Origin: Antedon mediterranea
Taxonomy: Eukaryota; Animalia; Echinodermata
Direction: 5' to 3'
DNA length: 64,000 nucleotides
NCBI RefSeq assembly: GCF_964355755.1
Contig: NC_092674.1
Location: 17,670,001-17,734,000, forward strand
Under the pieces are notes generated by a model. That model did not search any database, was not told where the DNA came from, and saw only the letters and a list, made by a program, of their open reading frames with translations. This document shows, in pieces, positions 50,101-64,000 of the stretch; the first letter of the stretch is position 1; every line of letters starts with the position of its first letter. The position numbers were made by a program, and so were the translations under genes.

Positions 50101-51486
50101 TTTGATACCGTCGCCATGTTAAAAATTGGAATAAATGGCGGGTCCCGTAATTTCACCTATTCTACACTGTATGTAATATGTATACAGATTATACTGTTTG
50201 CATGTACCGTATATACTATATGACACAAAATTGACAGAATTCAGCACTAACAGCATATCATATTCTTCAGTTCTTGTCATAATTCCATAATCTTTATCTG
50301 TGTGCAATATTCCAACTTATGACGTGCACGTGGCGTTTGTCGTGGTGCGGATAACTAACTCGTCAATGTGACGAGTTTCATGTCTAGTTTTCTTCTTTTT
50401 TCTTTCCCGGAATTTTGTTCGCAGCGTATCTCTAATACTTGTCAACATAAGATTATATAACTTTGTCAGAAGATTGACCTCTAACTGTAGATGTGCAAGA
50501 AACTTCGTTTTATGATTTTAGAGTTGCGCAACGTGACTTACGCGCGATTTTATGAATTTCAATGATTGATCATAGATAAAAAACCAAATATCATTTTTTA
50601 TTGAAACTTGGTGAAAATTTAAGTTATATCAAGCGCAAACTTTCTATGGATTAAAAATGGCATGTTTTACAGAAAGTTACGCGCGCACGCGCGTTTAAAA
50701 TTTCAAAATGCGTAAAATCAATTTCTAATCAACTTTCTACGCGTTTCATGTCATTTTGAGCATTTCAAAAATTCCCACGCTCGCGCGCATTTTTGCGCGG
50801 GCGGTGCGCACGTAGCTCTGAATTTATTTGTTTATGCGTGATTTATGTTTTTCCAGCTTTTTCTAGTAATTTTACCAACTTTTTAAACAATTTCGACTTA
50901 AAATCACGTCATACGAGCACGTCGAATTGGATAAATTGCGCGCGTTTTTGATGAAAAAGTTCAAAAAGTCGTGAAAATTATGCCTTTTTTAAACAGTCAT
51001 AGATTCTAAACTACATGATGAACTTTTCTTTTTTTTCCATATTCTGAAAGTTGATGAGTTGTAGATATCGGATCATAAATCGATATGGCTAACCGGACAT
51101 TGTGACGTCATCGTATGGCCACTCGAATATAAAATATTGGATTTTTGTCTCTTTCTTCATAGCTCATCACATTTAATAGAGCGCATCTCCACTTATCCGT
51201 ATTCCATTTCCCTCCATTTTTTTATATTGTCTAGGTCAATCAATTATATTTCGCATGATATACCGTTTTTAAAATTGTGATGATGTCATCATGTCCAAAA
51301 GCGTCAATAACTTGGGTCACTTATTTTCACCTATTCTTCACTGTATGTACGTATACAATATATAGTGTAAACTGTATATACTTAGACGTGACACAAAATA
51401 GAGAGCGCACTAACATTTTTTCAATGGCTTAATCGTTTTTCTCTGCGCAATATTCTAACGTATGACGTGCACGTGGCGTTTGTTGT
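47129..51486 (+). mobile_element. Three Helentron/HINE-like non-autonomous elements (~1.55 kb each), self-nested
   Basis: Heads (A)GTTATCCGCA..GCGGATAAC at 47129, 47195 and 47265; tails TGCGGATAACT + hairpin AACTCGTCA/TGACGAGTT + CTAG ending at 48846 and 50387; third tail truncated. Confidence 0.8.
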
Positions 51487-51499
51487 AATTGATTGATTA

Positions 51500-53840
51500 A
51501 GGCTGGTTTCCTGTCGACGTAAGAACATCACTTTTGTTGCGACTACGTCGATTTGTCGTAAGAAATGCGGATTTTACAGGAAACCGATTACGATCGAAAA
51601 TTTACAAAATCGACGCAACGTAAGAAAAATGGTAACGACAAACGATTTTACAGGAAACCGATGACCTAAAAATTGTTGCGTTACGACGTTTTCTTCCGAT
51701 TTTACAGGAAACCGGGATTTTTGATCTTACGCTTGAATGAACGCCCTTGCGTCACGTTTCTTACGTCTCTTACGAAAGTTGACTTGAAGTCAACTTTCGC
51801 AAGAGACGCAAGCGCAATCGTAACAAGCAACCAATGAGCGACAAGAGTTATGACGTAATGTGTATGTCCTTATAGTGAAATAAAGCCGGACAATAACATT
51901 TGTATGTGACTACTATAATTTTAGCCCACTTTACGATGTTGTACATACTTTACAAATGCACAGTAGTGTCAATATAGGCCTAATAATGTTCTAATCAGGG
52001 AGTTTACAACTCATATCAAAATCTAATACTCTTATTTATGGACGTGCAATAAACAATCAGCATCTGTAGAAACGTCACGAAAATTAACATTTGCAACAAG
52101 AAAAGATATAGAAAGCCCCTTTGTAAGCAATATAATATTATTATGTAACTTTAAAAAAAAATTGTTTGCTTGATTTTGTATAATTTATATTGTTTTGTTA
52201 AATTTATTCTTATTATAGGCCTGTAAATAATGGGTATCTTACTGCGGTAGTACTATCTCATGCTAGAGTATGCCTGGGCCCATAGGCCAAGGCCTAGCCT
52301 AGGGCCTAGGTATTGGCAGCCGTCTGTCTCGAGAGACAATAGGTATGCGCCCTCTATCCGTCATTCGGTGCAGGGTCACAGCGCCTGCTGTGACTAAAAA
52401 GTCCAATTTTTGAGCGGCATGATTTGTCACATTTTGGGCAGATGTACGTTGGCTCCTGATCGGTTGGAGCAGAGGATGCTCTCTCCTTTCTACGTTTCTT
52501 GAGTAGCGTCCGTTTCTTGTCGCGTCCACTCTCGCTTGTTTGGACACACATCTTGATAGTGGATCTCCACATACTGCGATCGGAGGCAACAGCCTCCCAG
52601 TTTGTGACGTTTGTGTTGCCCGACTTAAGATCACGCTTGCATACGTCTTTAAAGCGTAACATGGGCCTTCCTTTAGGTCTAGTTCCAGTGACAAGCTCAC
52701 CATAGAGTAAGTCTTTTGGTATTCTTCCGTCATCCATGCGCCTTACATGGCCCAGCCATCGAAGGCGTCGCTGGGTAAGTAGTGAGTACATGCTGGGCAA
52801 ACTTGCCCGAGTTAGAACGGTTTTATTTGAGACATGATCCTGCCATTTGATGCCGAGTATCCTTCTCAGGCAGCGCAGATGAAATGAACTCAATCTGCGC
52901 TCTTGGCGGGTGTAAAGAGACCATGATTCACTGCTGTACAATTGGGTGCTTAGGACACAAGCCTGGTAGATCTTCATCTTGGTGTTTATAGTCAGCATGC
53001 GGTTTTTCCAAACCTTATCTGTTAGGCGAGCCATGGCTGATGTCGCTTTTCCAATCCTGATGTTGAGTTCGGCGTCAAATGAGAGGTTACTGGAAACAGT
53101 GGAACCAAGGTAAATGAACTTGTCCACCACCTCAAGAGTATAATCGCCGATTTTGATCTTAGGAGGAGCATTAAGGAGCAAATAATAATAGAAATCCCGA
53201 AATGATTTGCCTTTTTTTAATTTTGAAAACTATTTAAGGCTAGGCCTAAAGGGCCAGGATAATTCATTCATATTTTGATTCATACAATAATACATAGGCC
53301 TACTAGCCTAGGCTCCTTATAGGCTAATTTGATTAGATTTTGGTCAAATCAATTCCTATTAGTACAGTATTAATTAAGTATTATTACTAATACTAGGGCC
53401 TAGCCTATCTACTAAAAATAATATGTTGGTGTGCTGCACTGACACTGATGCTGAGTTGCACTGACACTGATGCTGAGTAGCTACAGGTACAATAACATCA
53501 TTCAACATTTCGCGCGAAAAATGATAAAACCCGCTCTAAAATGAAACACCAATCAGAGATGTTGTTTCAAATACGTCATAAATCTGACCGACGTAAGAAA
53601 AAAATTTCAACTTTCGTAACAACACTAAAATCGACGTAAGCATACGACGTGTGTTTCACAGCTAAAATTTCAACTTCCGGGAGCAGCATAACTACAGATG
53701 TTTTTCTGCGGCCCGACACGATCTTGACTATACGTCAACGACGTCAATTTTTTCTCAACTTTCGTAAGACACGTAAGAAACGTATGAAACGCAAGAATCG
53801 TTACAAAATTCGACTTCTTACGTCGACAGGAAACCAGCCT
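51500..53840. mobile_element. PIF/Harbinger-type non-autonomous element
   Basis: 26-bp TIR AGGCTGGTTTCCTGTCGACGTAAGAA; TTA TSD; subterminal CGTAAG and ACAGGAAACC repeats. Confidence 0.92.
52311..53181 (-). mobile_element. 5'-truncated RTE-clade LINE (RT C-terminus plus zinc finger), ORF 52354-53181
   Basis: VDKFIYLGS, RIGKA, HLRCLRRILGIKWQD, RIPKDLLYGEL, GRPMLRFKD, CPKC..SKIGLFSH. Confidence 0.95.
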
Positions 53841-54059
53841 TTAGGACAAGGTACATTCTTCAGTATTCAAGGTCAATGGTCAGGCAAAAACTAGCAAAAT
53901 TCAGTGATGATCAAAAGGTTTAACGACCTGCCTATCAAAGTTGGACTTATATAAACACATGTCACAGTAGGAGGTTAAGTGACATTTACCCGAAGTTGGG
54001 AAAAACTTCGGGTAAAAATGAACACATTCTCTAATGGGGCTGTACACGTAATGTAGGTC

Positions 54060-55275
54060 GTGCCCACAGATGGTTCTCGAATACACAGTAATTTCAGCGT
54101 AACAAAACTGGCGATTTCAAATGTACGTACCGCAGGACTATAATACATTGTCGTTTACAGAAACGAATAAATAGACACGATGATTTATGTAGTCAAGTAA
54201 AATTAGCACCCTGGGAATTACTTCCGAAGGAGAAAATTATCACAAAATGAGTCCAAATTTTTGATTTGGACTCATTTAAAGAAACCAAATTTGTGTTTTG
54301 TATATAACATTAGGGTTCGCTTAAAGTACATGTCACGATACACCACTACGACGTTTAAATTATTGGTAATTATTAATTAATGCAAACGTTGAGAAGGAAC
54401 TGTCAGTATAAAGTTTATTTGTATATGATAATGTGTTTATATATCTAACAGTAGAGCCTATCCACAATCTCAGTAATAAAGTTTATTTGTATATATTTTT
54501 ATATTATTATTATTATTATTCACTTTTATTTCAAATATCAAAAAAATCGACCAAAATTACAACTCGTGGCTAAGAGCCAAATTGCGTGTAAAATACATGT
54601 CATATTACATCTAACAGTACGAACATTCACAGTAAGAAATGTTCGATTCAAATGACCAAAAATAGTTTTATTAAAATATGTATTTACAGTATTGTCAAAG
54701 TATTGCAAGTTTATTCTCAAAGGGCCCATATATTTACCTACCCTATGTGTTAAACCAAGGGCTCATAAATTTACCTACTTGTGTTAAACCAAACTCTGGC
54801 AGACTGAGAGATTGGGATGTTCCATTCATCGCAAATCAATACATTTGTATAATCGTATATTAAATCTATCAAAATAGTATTTTTTAAAGAAAATCGGCCT
54901 GTCTTCAACATTATGATGCTGTACTCCAGCTGTTCAACCGGTTTTCAGCTATTAAAAACAATTATCGTAGGAGGAGATAGGAAAATGCAAAGCCTTCTCG
55001 CATTTTTGTGGCGGGTATTTTTCAAGATGGACATCCATTAGACAGTGTATACCACGATCGAAAAACACCCCTATTTGGGGCAAATTGTTGAACCTAAATT
55101 CGTTTTAATCGTCAATAACTAATTATCTAACTTAATTTAATTAGTAAACAGGGTTACATCAGGTGGTTAAAATCAGTACCGAAAGTACGAACCAACTTTA
55201 TATACCATCGAGTAAAAATTCTAGAAATAACGCGCGATTTACCGAATTTTGCCCTTACGTAAATTTATATATAGA
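54060..55275 (-). mobile_element. Non-autonomous Helitron, inverted copy, 3' end unclear
   Basis: Minus strand starts TCTATATATAAATTTACG; reverse complement of 55509-56340, plus the 3' motif TATTCGAGAACCATCTGTG at ~54065-54085. Confidence 0.8.
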
Positions 55276-55508
55276 AACCTGCAATTATGTTAAAATTAAG
55301 CATATAAAATGGCTATTTTAATCAATTTGTGATTCTTAGGCCTACTGTGTAGGTCTGATAGGCTTGGTGTGTGGATTTACCCGGTCACAGTAGCCTACCT
55401 AGGCTAGTAATCGTAGTAAAGTAGGCCTACATTTTGTTAATTAGGCCTACTGTACGTATAAAAATTGTGTTTTGAACATAAAAGTAGGTCTTATACTTAT
55501 TTTCATTA

Positions 55509-58054
55509 TCTATATATAAATTTACGTAAGGGCAAAATTCGGTAAATCGCGCCTTACTTCTAGAATTTTCACTCGATGGTATGTAAAGTTGGTTCGTACT
55601 TTCGGTACTGATTTTAACCGCCTAATGTAACCCTGTTTACTAATTAAATTGAGTTAGATAATTAGTTATTGACGATTAAAACGAATTTAGGTTCAAAGAT
55701 TTGCCCCAAATAGGGGTGTTTTCCGATCGTGGTATACACTGTCTAATGGATGTCCATCTTGAAAAATACCCGCCAAAAAAATGCGAGGAGGCTTCGCATT
55801 TTTCTATCTCCTCCTACGATAATTGTTTTTAATAGCTGAAAACCGGTTGAACAGCTAGAGTACACCATCATAATGTTGAAGACAGGCCGATTTTCTTTAA
55901 AAAATACTATTTTGATAGATTTAATATACGATTATACAAATGTATTGATTTGCGATGAATGGAACATCCCAATCTCTCAGTCTGCCAGAGTTTGGTTTAA
56001 CACAAGTACTGTAGGTAAATTTATGAGCCCTTGGTTTAACACATACGGTAGGTAAATATATGGGCCCTTTGAGAATAAACTTGCAATACTTTAACAATAC
56101 TGTAAATACCTATTAACTATTTTTCATTTGAATCGAACATTTCTTACTGTGAATGTTCGTACTGTTAGATGTAATATAAAAATATATACAAATAAACTTT
56201 ATTACTGAGACTGTGGATAGGCTCTACTGTTAGATATACAAATAAACTTTATACTGACAGTTCCTTCTCAACGTTTGTATTAATTAATAATTACCAAAAA
56301 TATAAACGTCGTAGTGGTGTATCGTGACATGTACTTTAATATTTCAATCGATTATGACAGTGACAGTTTTAACAAAGTATTAAATCGCAAATGTTTTAGG
56401 CCTACTGTATATAGAGGTATATTATTTATAGGCCTATAAAACATGAACAAAATATTTCGTTACTCAGTGGATAAAGAATATATTTAAAAATTGTTCCTCT
56501 TTGTACCTATCCGCTTTCCCATCCCTCAACCCTAATGTTACATAGCGAGGAGGCTTCACATTTTCCTATCTCCTCCTACGATAATTGTTTTTAATAGCTG
56601 AAAACCGGTTGAACAGCTAGAGTACACCATCATAATGTTGAAGACAGGCCGATTTTCTTTAAAAAATACTATTTTGATAGATTGCTAGAGTACACCATCA
56701 TAATGTTGAAGACAGGCCGATTTTCTTTAAAAAATACTATTTTGATAGATTTAATATACGATTATACAAATGTATTGATTTGCGATGAATGGAACATCCA
56801 GTTTGGTTAACACAAGTACTGTAGGTAAATTTATGAGCCCTTGGGTTAACACATACGGTAGGTAAATATATGGGCCCTTTGAGAATAAACTTGCAATAGG
56901 TTCGGAAAATGTTAAAAACCAATTTCTATTATTTGAATCGGTAAACAGTTTCCATTTATTATACATTGATAATGAAACATGAAATATTCCTATTTATGTC
57001 CCTCGAGGTTCATTACAATTTATATTTAGTAGTCCCACGGACTTCATCTTAGCCACTCCCCCGAATGCTAAGGCCAAATTTATGATACCCTACTTTCTAT
57101 GTAAGTTTAGTTACAGTTAGTTCTTGACGATAATACAACGAATTTAGGTTACACCCTTCGGCCGCGAAAACGTTTCTGTACAAATATGATACCGATTGGC
57201 TTTATTTCATTCAACAGCGACCATAATCTCGCCAATTACAGGATAGATAAACTATTTTATTATTGATGTGCTTATAAATTAAGACTCATGTAAACAGCTT
57301 GATTACATCATTTTACAGACAAACGAAACTTTTTTAAACCTACTGTTTCAATAACTGAGTATAATACTGTATACGTTTTCATAAGTAAGTGCATATACAT
57401 TTTCGTGTTTTCATTGACGAGATTGTAATAGTAACTTCAGTAACTATTACAGTACTTATTTATTATACGACACAAGACAATTGTATCTGACAGGTACGTA
57501 CATTATTCTAAAAAATAAGTCTAGATAGATCCCTTAGGCGTCATAAATCACAGGCCAACAAATCAGTACTCATGACAGAAATTCGACCCAGTTTGGTTCA
57601 CACAAATGTTTACAGGAAGTTCAACACCACAACCGATGATTTGCCCTTAATATTTAGGTAGACTACAGTTTAATTTTTCACTGAATAGGAGCTTGAATTT
57701 CCGATTTCCATTTCGCAGAATGTCTAGGTCTATTTATTTAGTTTGGTTCTTATAATATATAAATACAATCAACTTTATTACTGCGGTTCCATCACCACCA
57801 CCACGTGCCGCCGCCCAATTCCCGTACATACATTTCCATTTCTCCCTAATTTCTTTAATCCACATAAATTAATTGTCCTTTATGGAATCCAGTATTGGTT
57901 TTGTTGTCTCTATTTCTGAATACCCCAATTAGGGGGACACTTCCGTTTTTGTTTAGTGTCCTAAAAAAGTCCCCGTCCGTGGATTCTACTGTATTCGAGA
58001 ACCATCTGTGAGCACCCCTAGATGGTACGCGAGCGAAGCGAGCGTGCCATCTAG
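55509..58054 (+). mobile_element. Complete non-autonomous Helitron, copy 1
   Basis: A|TC 5' end; 3' hairpin GATGGTACGC..GCGTGCCATC; CTAG|T end; no TSD. Confidence 0.92.
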
Positions 58055-58183
58055 TTATTACAATTTGTAAAACATGCCATATTTTTTAGGAAATGTATGT
58101 CTAGACCTATTTATAATAGGACTTAATTTATTGTTTAGGCATTAAGTACAGTATACCTACTACTATGTATGTCCCTATATTTA

Positions 58184-60713
58184 TCTATATATAAATTTAC
58201 GTAAGGGCAAAATTCGGTAAATCGCGCCTTACTTCTAGAATTTTCACTCGATGGTATGTAAAGTTGGTTCGTACTTTCGGTACTGATTTTAACCGCCTGA
58301 TGTAACCCTGTTTACTAATTAAATTGAGTTAAATAATTAGTTATTGACGATTAAAACGAATTTAGGTTAAACGATTTGCCCCAAATAGGGGTGTTTTCCG
58401 ATCGTGGTATACACTGTCTAATGGATGTCCGTCTTGAAAAATACCCGCCAAAAAAATGCGAGGAGGCTTCGCATTTTTCTATCTCCTCCTACGATAATTG
58501 TTTTTAATGGCTGAAAACCGGTTGAACAGCTAGAGTACACCATCATAATGTTGAAGACAGGCCGATTTTCTTTAAAAAATACTATTTTGATAGATTTAAT
58601 ATACGATTATACAAATGTATTGATTTGCGATGAATGGAACATCCCAATCTCTCAGTCTGCCAGAGTTTGGTTTAACACAAGTACTGTAGGTAAATTTATG
58701 AGCCCTTGAACACATACGGTAGGTAAATATATGGGCCCTTTGAGAATAAACTTGCAATACTTTGACAATACTGTAAATACCTATTAACTATTTTTCATTT
58801 GAATCGAACATTTCTTACTGTGAATGTTCGTACTGTTAGATGTAATATAAAAATATATACAAATAAACTTTATTACTGAGACTGTGGATAGGCTCTACTG
58901 TTAGATACAAATAAACTTTATACTGACAGTTCCTTCTCAACGTTTGTATTAATTAATAATTACCAAAAATATAAACGTCGTAGTGGTGTATCGTGACATG
59001 TACTTTAATATTTCAATTGATTATGACAGTGACAGTTTTAACAAAGTATTAAATTGCAAATGTTTTAGGCCTACTGTATTTAGAGGTATATTATTTATAG
59101 GCCTATAAAACATGAACAAAATATTTCGTTACTCAGTGGATAAAGAATATATTTAAAAATTGTTCCTCTTTGTACCTATCCGCTTTCCCATCCCTCAACC
59201 CTAATGTTACATAGCGAGGAGGCTTCGCATTTTCCTATCTCCTCCTACGATAATTGTTTTTAATAGCTGAAAACCGGTTGAACAGCTAGAGTACACCATC
59301 ATAATGTTGAAGACAGGCCGATTTTCTTTAAAAAATACTATTTTGATAGATTGCTAGAGTACACCATCATAATGTTGAAGACAGGCCGATTTTCTTTAAA
59401 AAATACTATTTTGATAGATTTAATATACGATTATACAAATGTATTGATTTGCGATGAATGGAACATCCCAATCTCTCAGTCTGCCAGAGTTTGGTTTAAC
59501 ACAAGTACTGTAGGTAAATTTATGAGCCCTTGGTTTAACACATACGGTAGGTAAATATATGGGCCCTTTGAGAATAAACTTGCAATAGGTTCGGAAAATG
59601 TTAAAAACCAATTTCTATTATTTGAATCGGTAAACAGTTTCTATTTATTATACATTGATAATGAAACATGAAATATTCCTATTCATGTCCCTCGAGGTTC
59701 ATTACAATTTATATTTAGTAGTCCCACGGACTTCATCTTAGCCACTCCCCCGAGTGCTAAGGCCAAATTTATGATGCCCTACTTTCTATGTAAGTTTAGT
59801 TACAGTTAGTTCTTGACGATAATACAACGAATTTAGGTTACACCCTTCGGCCGCGAAAACGTTTCTGTACAAATATGATACCGATTGGCTTTATTTCATT
59901 CAACAGCGACCATAATCTCGCCAATTACAGGATAGATAAACTATTTTATTATTGATGTGCTTATAAATTAAGACTCATGTAAACAGCTTGATTACATCAT
60001 TTTACAGACAAACGAAACTTTTAAACCTACTGTTTCAATAACTGAGTAAAATACTGTATACGTTTTCATAAGTAAGTGCATATACATTTTCGTGTTTTCA
60101 TTGACGAGATTGTAATAGTAACTTCAGTAACTATTACAGTACTTATTTATTATACGACACAAGACAATTGTATCTGACAGGTACGTACATTATTCTAAAA
60201 AATAAGTCTAGATAGATCCCTTAGGCGTCATAAATCACAGGCCAACAAATCAGTACTCATGACAGAAATGTTTACAGGAATTTCAACACCACAACCGATG
60301 ATTTGCCCTAAATATTTAGGTAGACTACAGTTTAATTTTTCACTGAATAGGAGCTTGCATTTCCGATTTTCATTTCGCAGAATGTCTAGGTCTATTTATT
60401 TAGTTTGGTTCTTATAATATATAAATACAATCAACTTTATTACTGCGGTTCCATCACCACCACCACGTGTCGCCCAATTCCCGTACATACATTTCCATTT
60501 CTCCCTAATTTCTTTAATCCACATAAATTAATTGTCCTTTATGGAATCCAGTATTGGTTTTGTTGTCTCTATTTCTGAATACCCCAATTAGGGGGACACT
60601 TCCGCTTTTGTTTAGTGTCCCAAAAAAGTCCCCGTCCGTGGATTCTACTGTATTCGAGAACCATCTGTGAGCACCCCTAGATGGTACTTGAGCGAAGCGA
60701 GCGTGCCATCTAG
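58184..60713 (+). mobile_element. Complete non-autonomous Helitron, copy 2
   Basis: Same termini; nearly identical to copy 1. Confidence 0.92.
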
Positions 60714-62150
60714 TATAGATAATGGGCCTAGGCTGATAGGCATGATACTAAGTAGATGTAGACTTGGAAATAACAAAAACATTGATTCAATATCCAGTTG
60801 ATTGTATATTTTAAATTGCATATTATCACTTTATATAGTATATTTACTCTAGTCTAATAAAAATATAATTTAATAATTATTTTGTGTTAAAACTAAAAAA
60901 CAATAAACCTAGGCCTACAACAATAATTATAAAAATAAAATGTCATCACAATCTAGATTAGCTTCAAAATATTAATATTTATATTTTAACGTAAATCTTT
61001 TCTTAGATAAATTTACATAATTCCATGAACTAAAGTCGAAATATGTCCGGTCTCGTGTCTATTTTCAGTCACTATTGACTTCATTGGAACTTTCTTCTAT
61101 GAATGGATTAGTAATTGGAATCATGAACACCAGTTGATAAAACAGTTCCATTTTGAGTTTGCAATCATTCGTGAAAGGTCAAGTGAAGTCACACGTCCAA
61201 GGAATAAAGGTTTTCATCCTATAAAAAAATTGTACGCAATCAATTGAAACTAATAAATATTTTACACAGGCTATAATAATAATTCGCAAGCAGTGATGGT
61301 GCTGGAATATGCATACAAGGGGTCAACATGCGTGATGCAAAAATAAAAAAAATATTGATTTTGCCTTGCCTTTGTCGACTATAAATGATGACATAAATAG
61401 GCCAAGTCTTGAGTCGAGGTCTATATATGGCGCTACTCTATAGTATGTGCCTATATAGGCCTCGTATCGTACCATATAGGCTCAATAAATGTATTAATTA
61501 TTGTTAAGTACGATTCTAGGCCTGTATATTATTATAAATAGAAATCTTTTATTTTTCTTGAACACCAAACGCCTGAACTTATTTAATTAACAGATCCTGG
61601 CCATAGTAACTAGAAACAACAGTCCTCTGAGTATAGGCTCTAGTGTGTTTAAAGCCCACCCACCTACGTAAAACACGTGGGTTTAGCCATGAAACTTTGA
61701 ATGAGTGGTAAACTGGGCCTAGATCTGCCGTTAAAACAATTTTAATTCTAGAGGTTCAACAACTATTTAAGTACCCAAAAATGTTTATTTTGGTTCTTTA
61801 AAAAATTCAACAGACACGTGGTGCAATTTTTGCCGTAATCATAACAAAAAGATCAAAAAAACTATTAAAATATCTCATTATTTCAACTACTCACCACGAC
61901 CAAAGTATTCAAGCTTCGTATCTGAAAATCGATTCCTACAACAACCAGGACATTCCTAATGAATATTCATAAGAAATCTCACCGATTTCAACAACCAAAG
62001 GCTTCTGATTCGTTGATTAAATATGATGTAATTATTTTCGCTAAATTAAAACAAATCGTTTCCGCGTTTGTATAGCGCCCTCAATTTGGAAAATATTTCA
62101 GTTTTACCGATAGAGGGCTCACTACTTTATGTCGCTATGAAACAGCCGTG

Positions 62151-62365
62151 TAACCAGATCAGGTTGTTAACATTTTCAAATCGTGTCCCATGGGGTTGTT
62201 TTTTACCCATTAAGTCGGCCATGTTGGTTTTAATAAATTAACATTTTTTCGTATTTCTCAGGAACCAGAGGTCGTAGAAATATAATTTGGGTACCAAAGT
62301 ACTCGGAATATGTATGTTTGTCCCATGGGACACGATTTGAAAATGTTAACAACCTGATCTGGTTA
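62151..62365. mobile_element. MITE/foldback with 44-bp perfect inverted ends
   Basis: TAACCAGATCAGGTTGTTAACATTTTCAAATCGTGTCCCATGGG and its reverse complement; the outer TA may be the TSD. Confidence 0.8.
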
Positions 62366-62374
62366 CTAGACATA

Positions 62375-63130
62375 AAATTTGGTAAATCGCACATTCTAGA
62401 ATGTTTACTCGATGGTATATAAAGTTGGTTCGTACCTTCAGTACTGATTTAACCCTGTTTACTAATTAAATTGAGTTAGATAATTAGTTATTGACAATTA
62501 AAATGAATTTAGGTTCAACGATTTGCCCCAAATATAGTAGAGCAGTTAACGCCATAAAAATAGCCAAGTTGTGCACTTTATTACCAAAGCATGAAACTTT
62601 CCACAAAGTTTCTTTGATGTATATAGATTCAAAATATCGGGGGATGCCAAGTGTCCAACGTCCGGTATGGCGGCCATCTTGATTTCAAAATGGCCACCAT
62701 AAAAACAAAAAGTGTTCATATCTTGGCAACTATAAACAGTAGAGACTTGATTCTGGTGTTAAATTGTTCACAAACCACATATTTCTATTTGCTCTAATGA
62801 AAGGTTTCGTCCAAAAATGACCGGAAATGACGTTTCTTCCAGTTTGACCTTTGACCTCTTATCTGTATATCTCAGTAACTACTGATTATCTTATTTTACT
62901 CTAATTACTTCTAATAATGACTACCAATTACTGCTTTATCTATGTTCACTTTAATATCTTTTTTCTATTTTGTATATATTCATTCATTATTATCTAAATA
63001 AATATTATCTGAAAATCTGAATCTCTCTTTCACAAGTGTCTATTCCCTCAGGCGTCGTAAAAACAAAATGGCAAGTACAATCATTCAGAAATGTTATCCC
63101 CTTTTTAAAAATCTGTGACTGCAGAGGTGG
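62375..63130 (+). mobile_element. Decayed Helitron pieces (62375-62534 and ~63020-63130) interrupted by an Academ-like end (62535-~62885)
   Basis: Matches 55535-55712 and the reverse complement of 16900-17010; the insert starts TAGTAGAG and shares AAAATGACCGGAAATG..TGACCTTTGACC with 7607-7640. Confidence 0.6.
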
Positions 63131-64000
63131 AATATCTGTACATCAAATCAACTTTGCAGTTCAACCACCACCTCTTCCCCCTTAATGTCATGAGTAGCGT
63201 TGTAAAGCCAGTACTTCTTATTTCTATTGATCAGACAGTTAAAAATATATAATTATATGTAACACTGAAAATGCTAATACCAGTAGATATATAATATATA
63301 TATTATATAATATTGCAAGACGTTGCAAGTAAGAAAACAATCCATGTTTGATACAAATTTCGAACATACCATGAAAAATGTCCATGTATTTCATTTTTGA
63401 AACAAAATTGTGAATATTCCGTGAGGCTCAACTACAAAACCACCATTTTGTGATATGATGTCATCGTAAGCCAATCAAAGCTGAGCTTTCCTGTGATGAT
63501 CGGCATTGCTCACGGTTGAATGGATTCTGGCTGATTTGATTTGATTGGTGGATGCGAATCACTAGCAGCGGAATGTTTTCTCGCGCATGTACCGTGAAGT
63601 CACTCTCTGATCGTTATTACACAAATTTAGAGCAATGAATTTGTCCGAATTCCGTTAAGTAAACAACTTTATATATTTTATAAACATTTAATAACATGTT
63701 ATATTGATATTTCCAATGATGATATATAAAATAAATTACTAAAAAACGTAATTATATCTTAATTATTTTAACCAAAAATGGCGTAGGTAATACAATTGTC
63801 GACTGTGAGGCCGCAAATTGTTTTATTTCTTTCGTGACTAAAACGATCATTTTCGGCGATGTTTTAGACCCTATTTCGAAAACTACAAGTCAGATTTTTT
63901 TAATTCTTTCTTTATTGTAATATTAATACAAAATACTAACAGATAATGTTTAATTTGGTTTTAATTTTGCATCGTTATCCCTATAAGACAACATGACTAT

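Noticed and set aside
52299-52733. 144-aa overlapping ORF
   Set aside because: Alternative frame of the RTE coding sequence

Overview
AT-rich eukaryotic DNA, probably from an invertebrate animal (the TAGGCCTA-rich composition hints at an echinoderm; this is inference only). The window is almost entirely satellites and nested transposable elements, and no host gene is recognisable. The centrepiece is a full-length Gypsy-type LTR retrotransposon (21829-30046, minus strand; LTRs about 98% identical, 5-bp TSD, tRNA-Leu PBS, PPT) with the rare Gmr1-like order gag-PR-INTEGRASE-RT-RNaseH. Its single ORF is split inside the protease by a 2.1-kb CAGGG-ended DNA transposon with a 5-bp TSD, and the whole element sits inside a Rex/Babar-like LINE. 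Also present: three satellites (25, ~187 and ~78-88 bp) with inversions; an unclassified 4-bp-TSD element with asymmetric bipartite ends; an Academ-like element with ~1.1-kb arms; Kolobok-like and Harbinger-like non-autonomous elements; a tRNA-derived SINE; L2/Crack, CR1, Rex and RTE LINE fragments; a Helitron cluster; a self-nested Helentron-like family; and a 1572-bp tandem duplication carrying a GC-rich structured segment of unknown nature. All alignments were done by eye.
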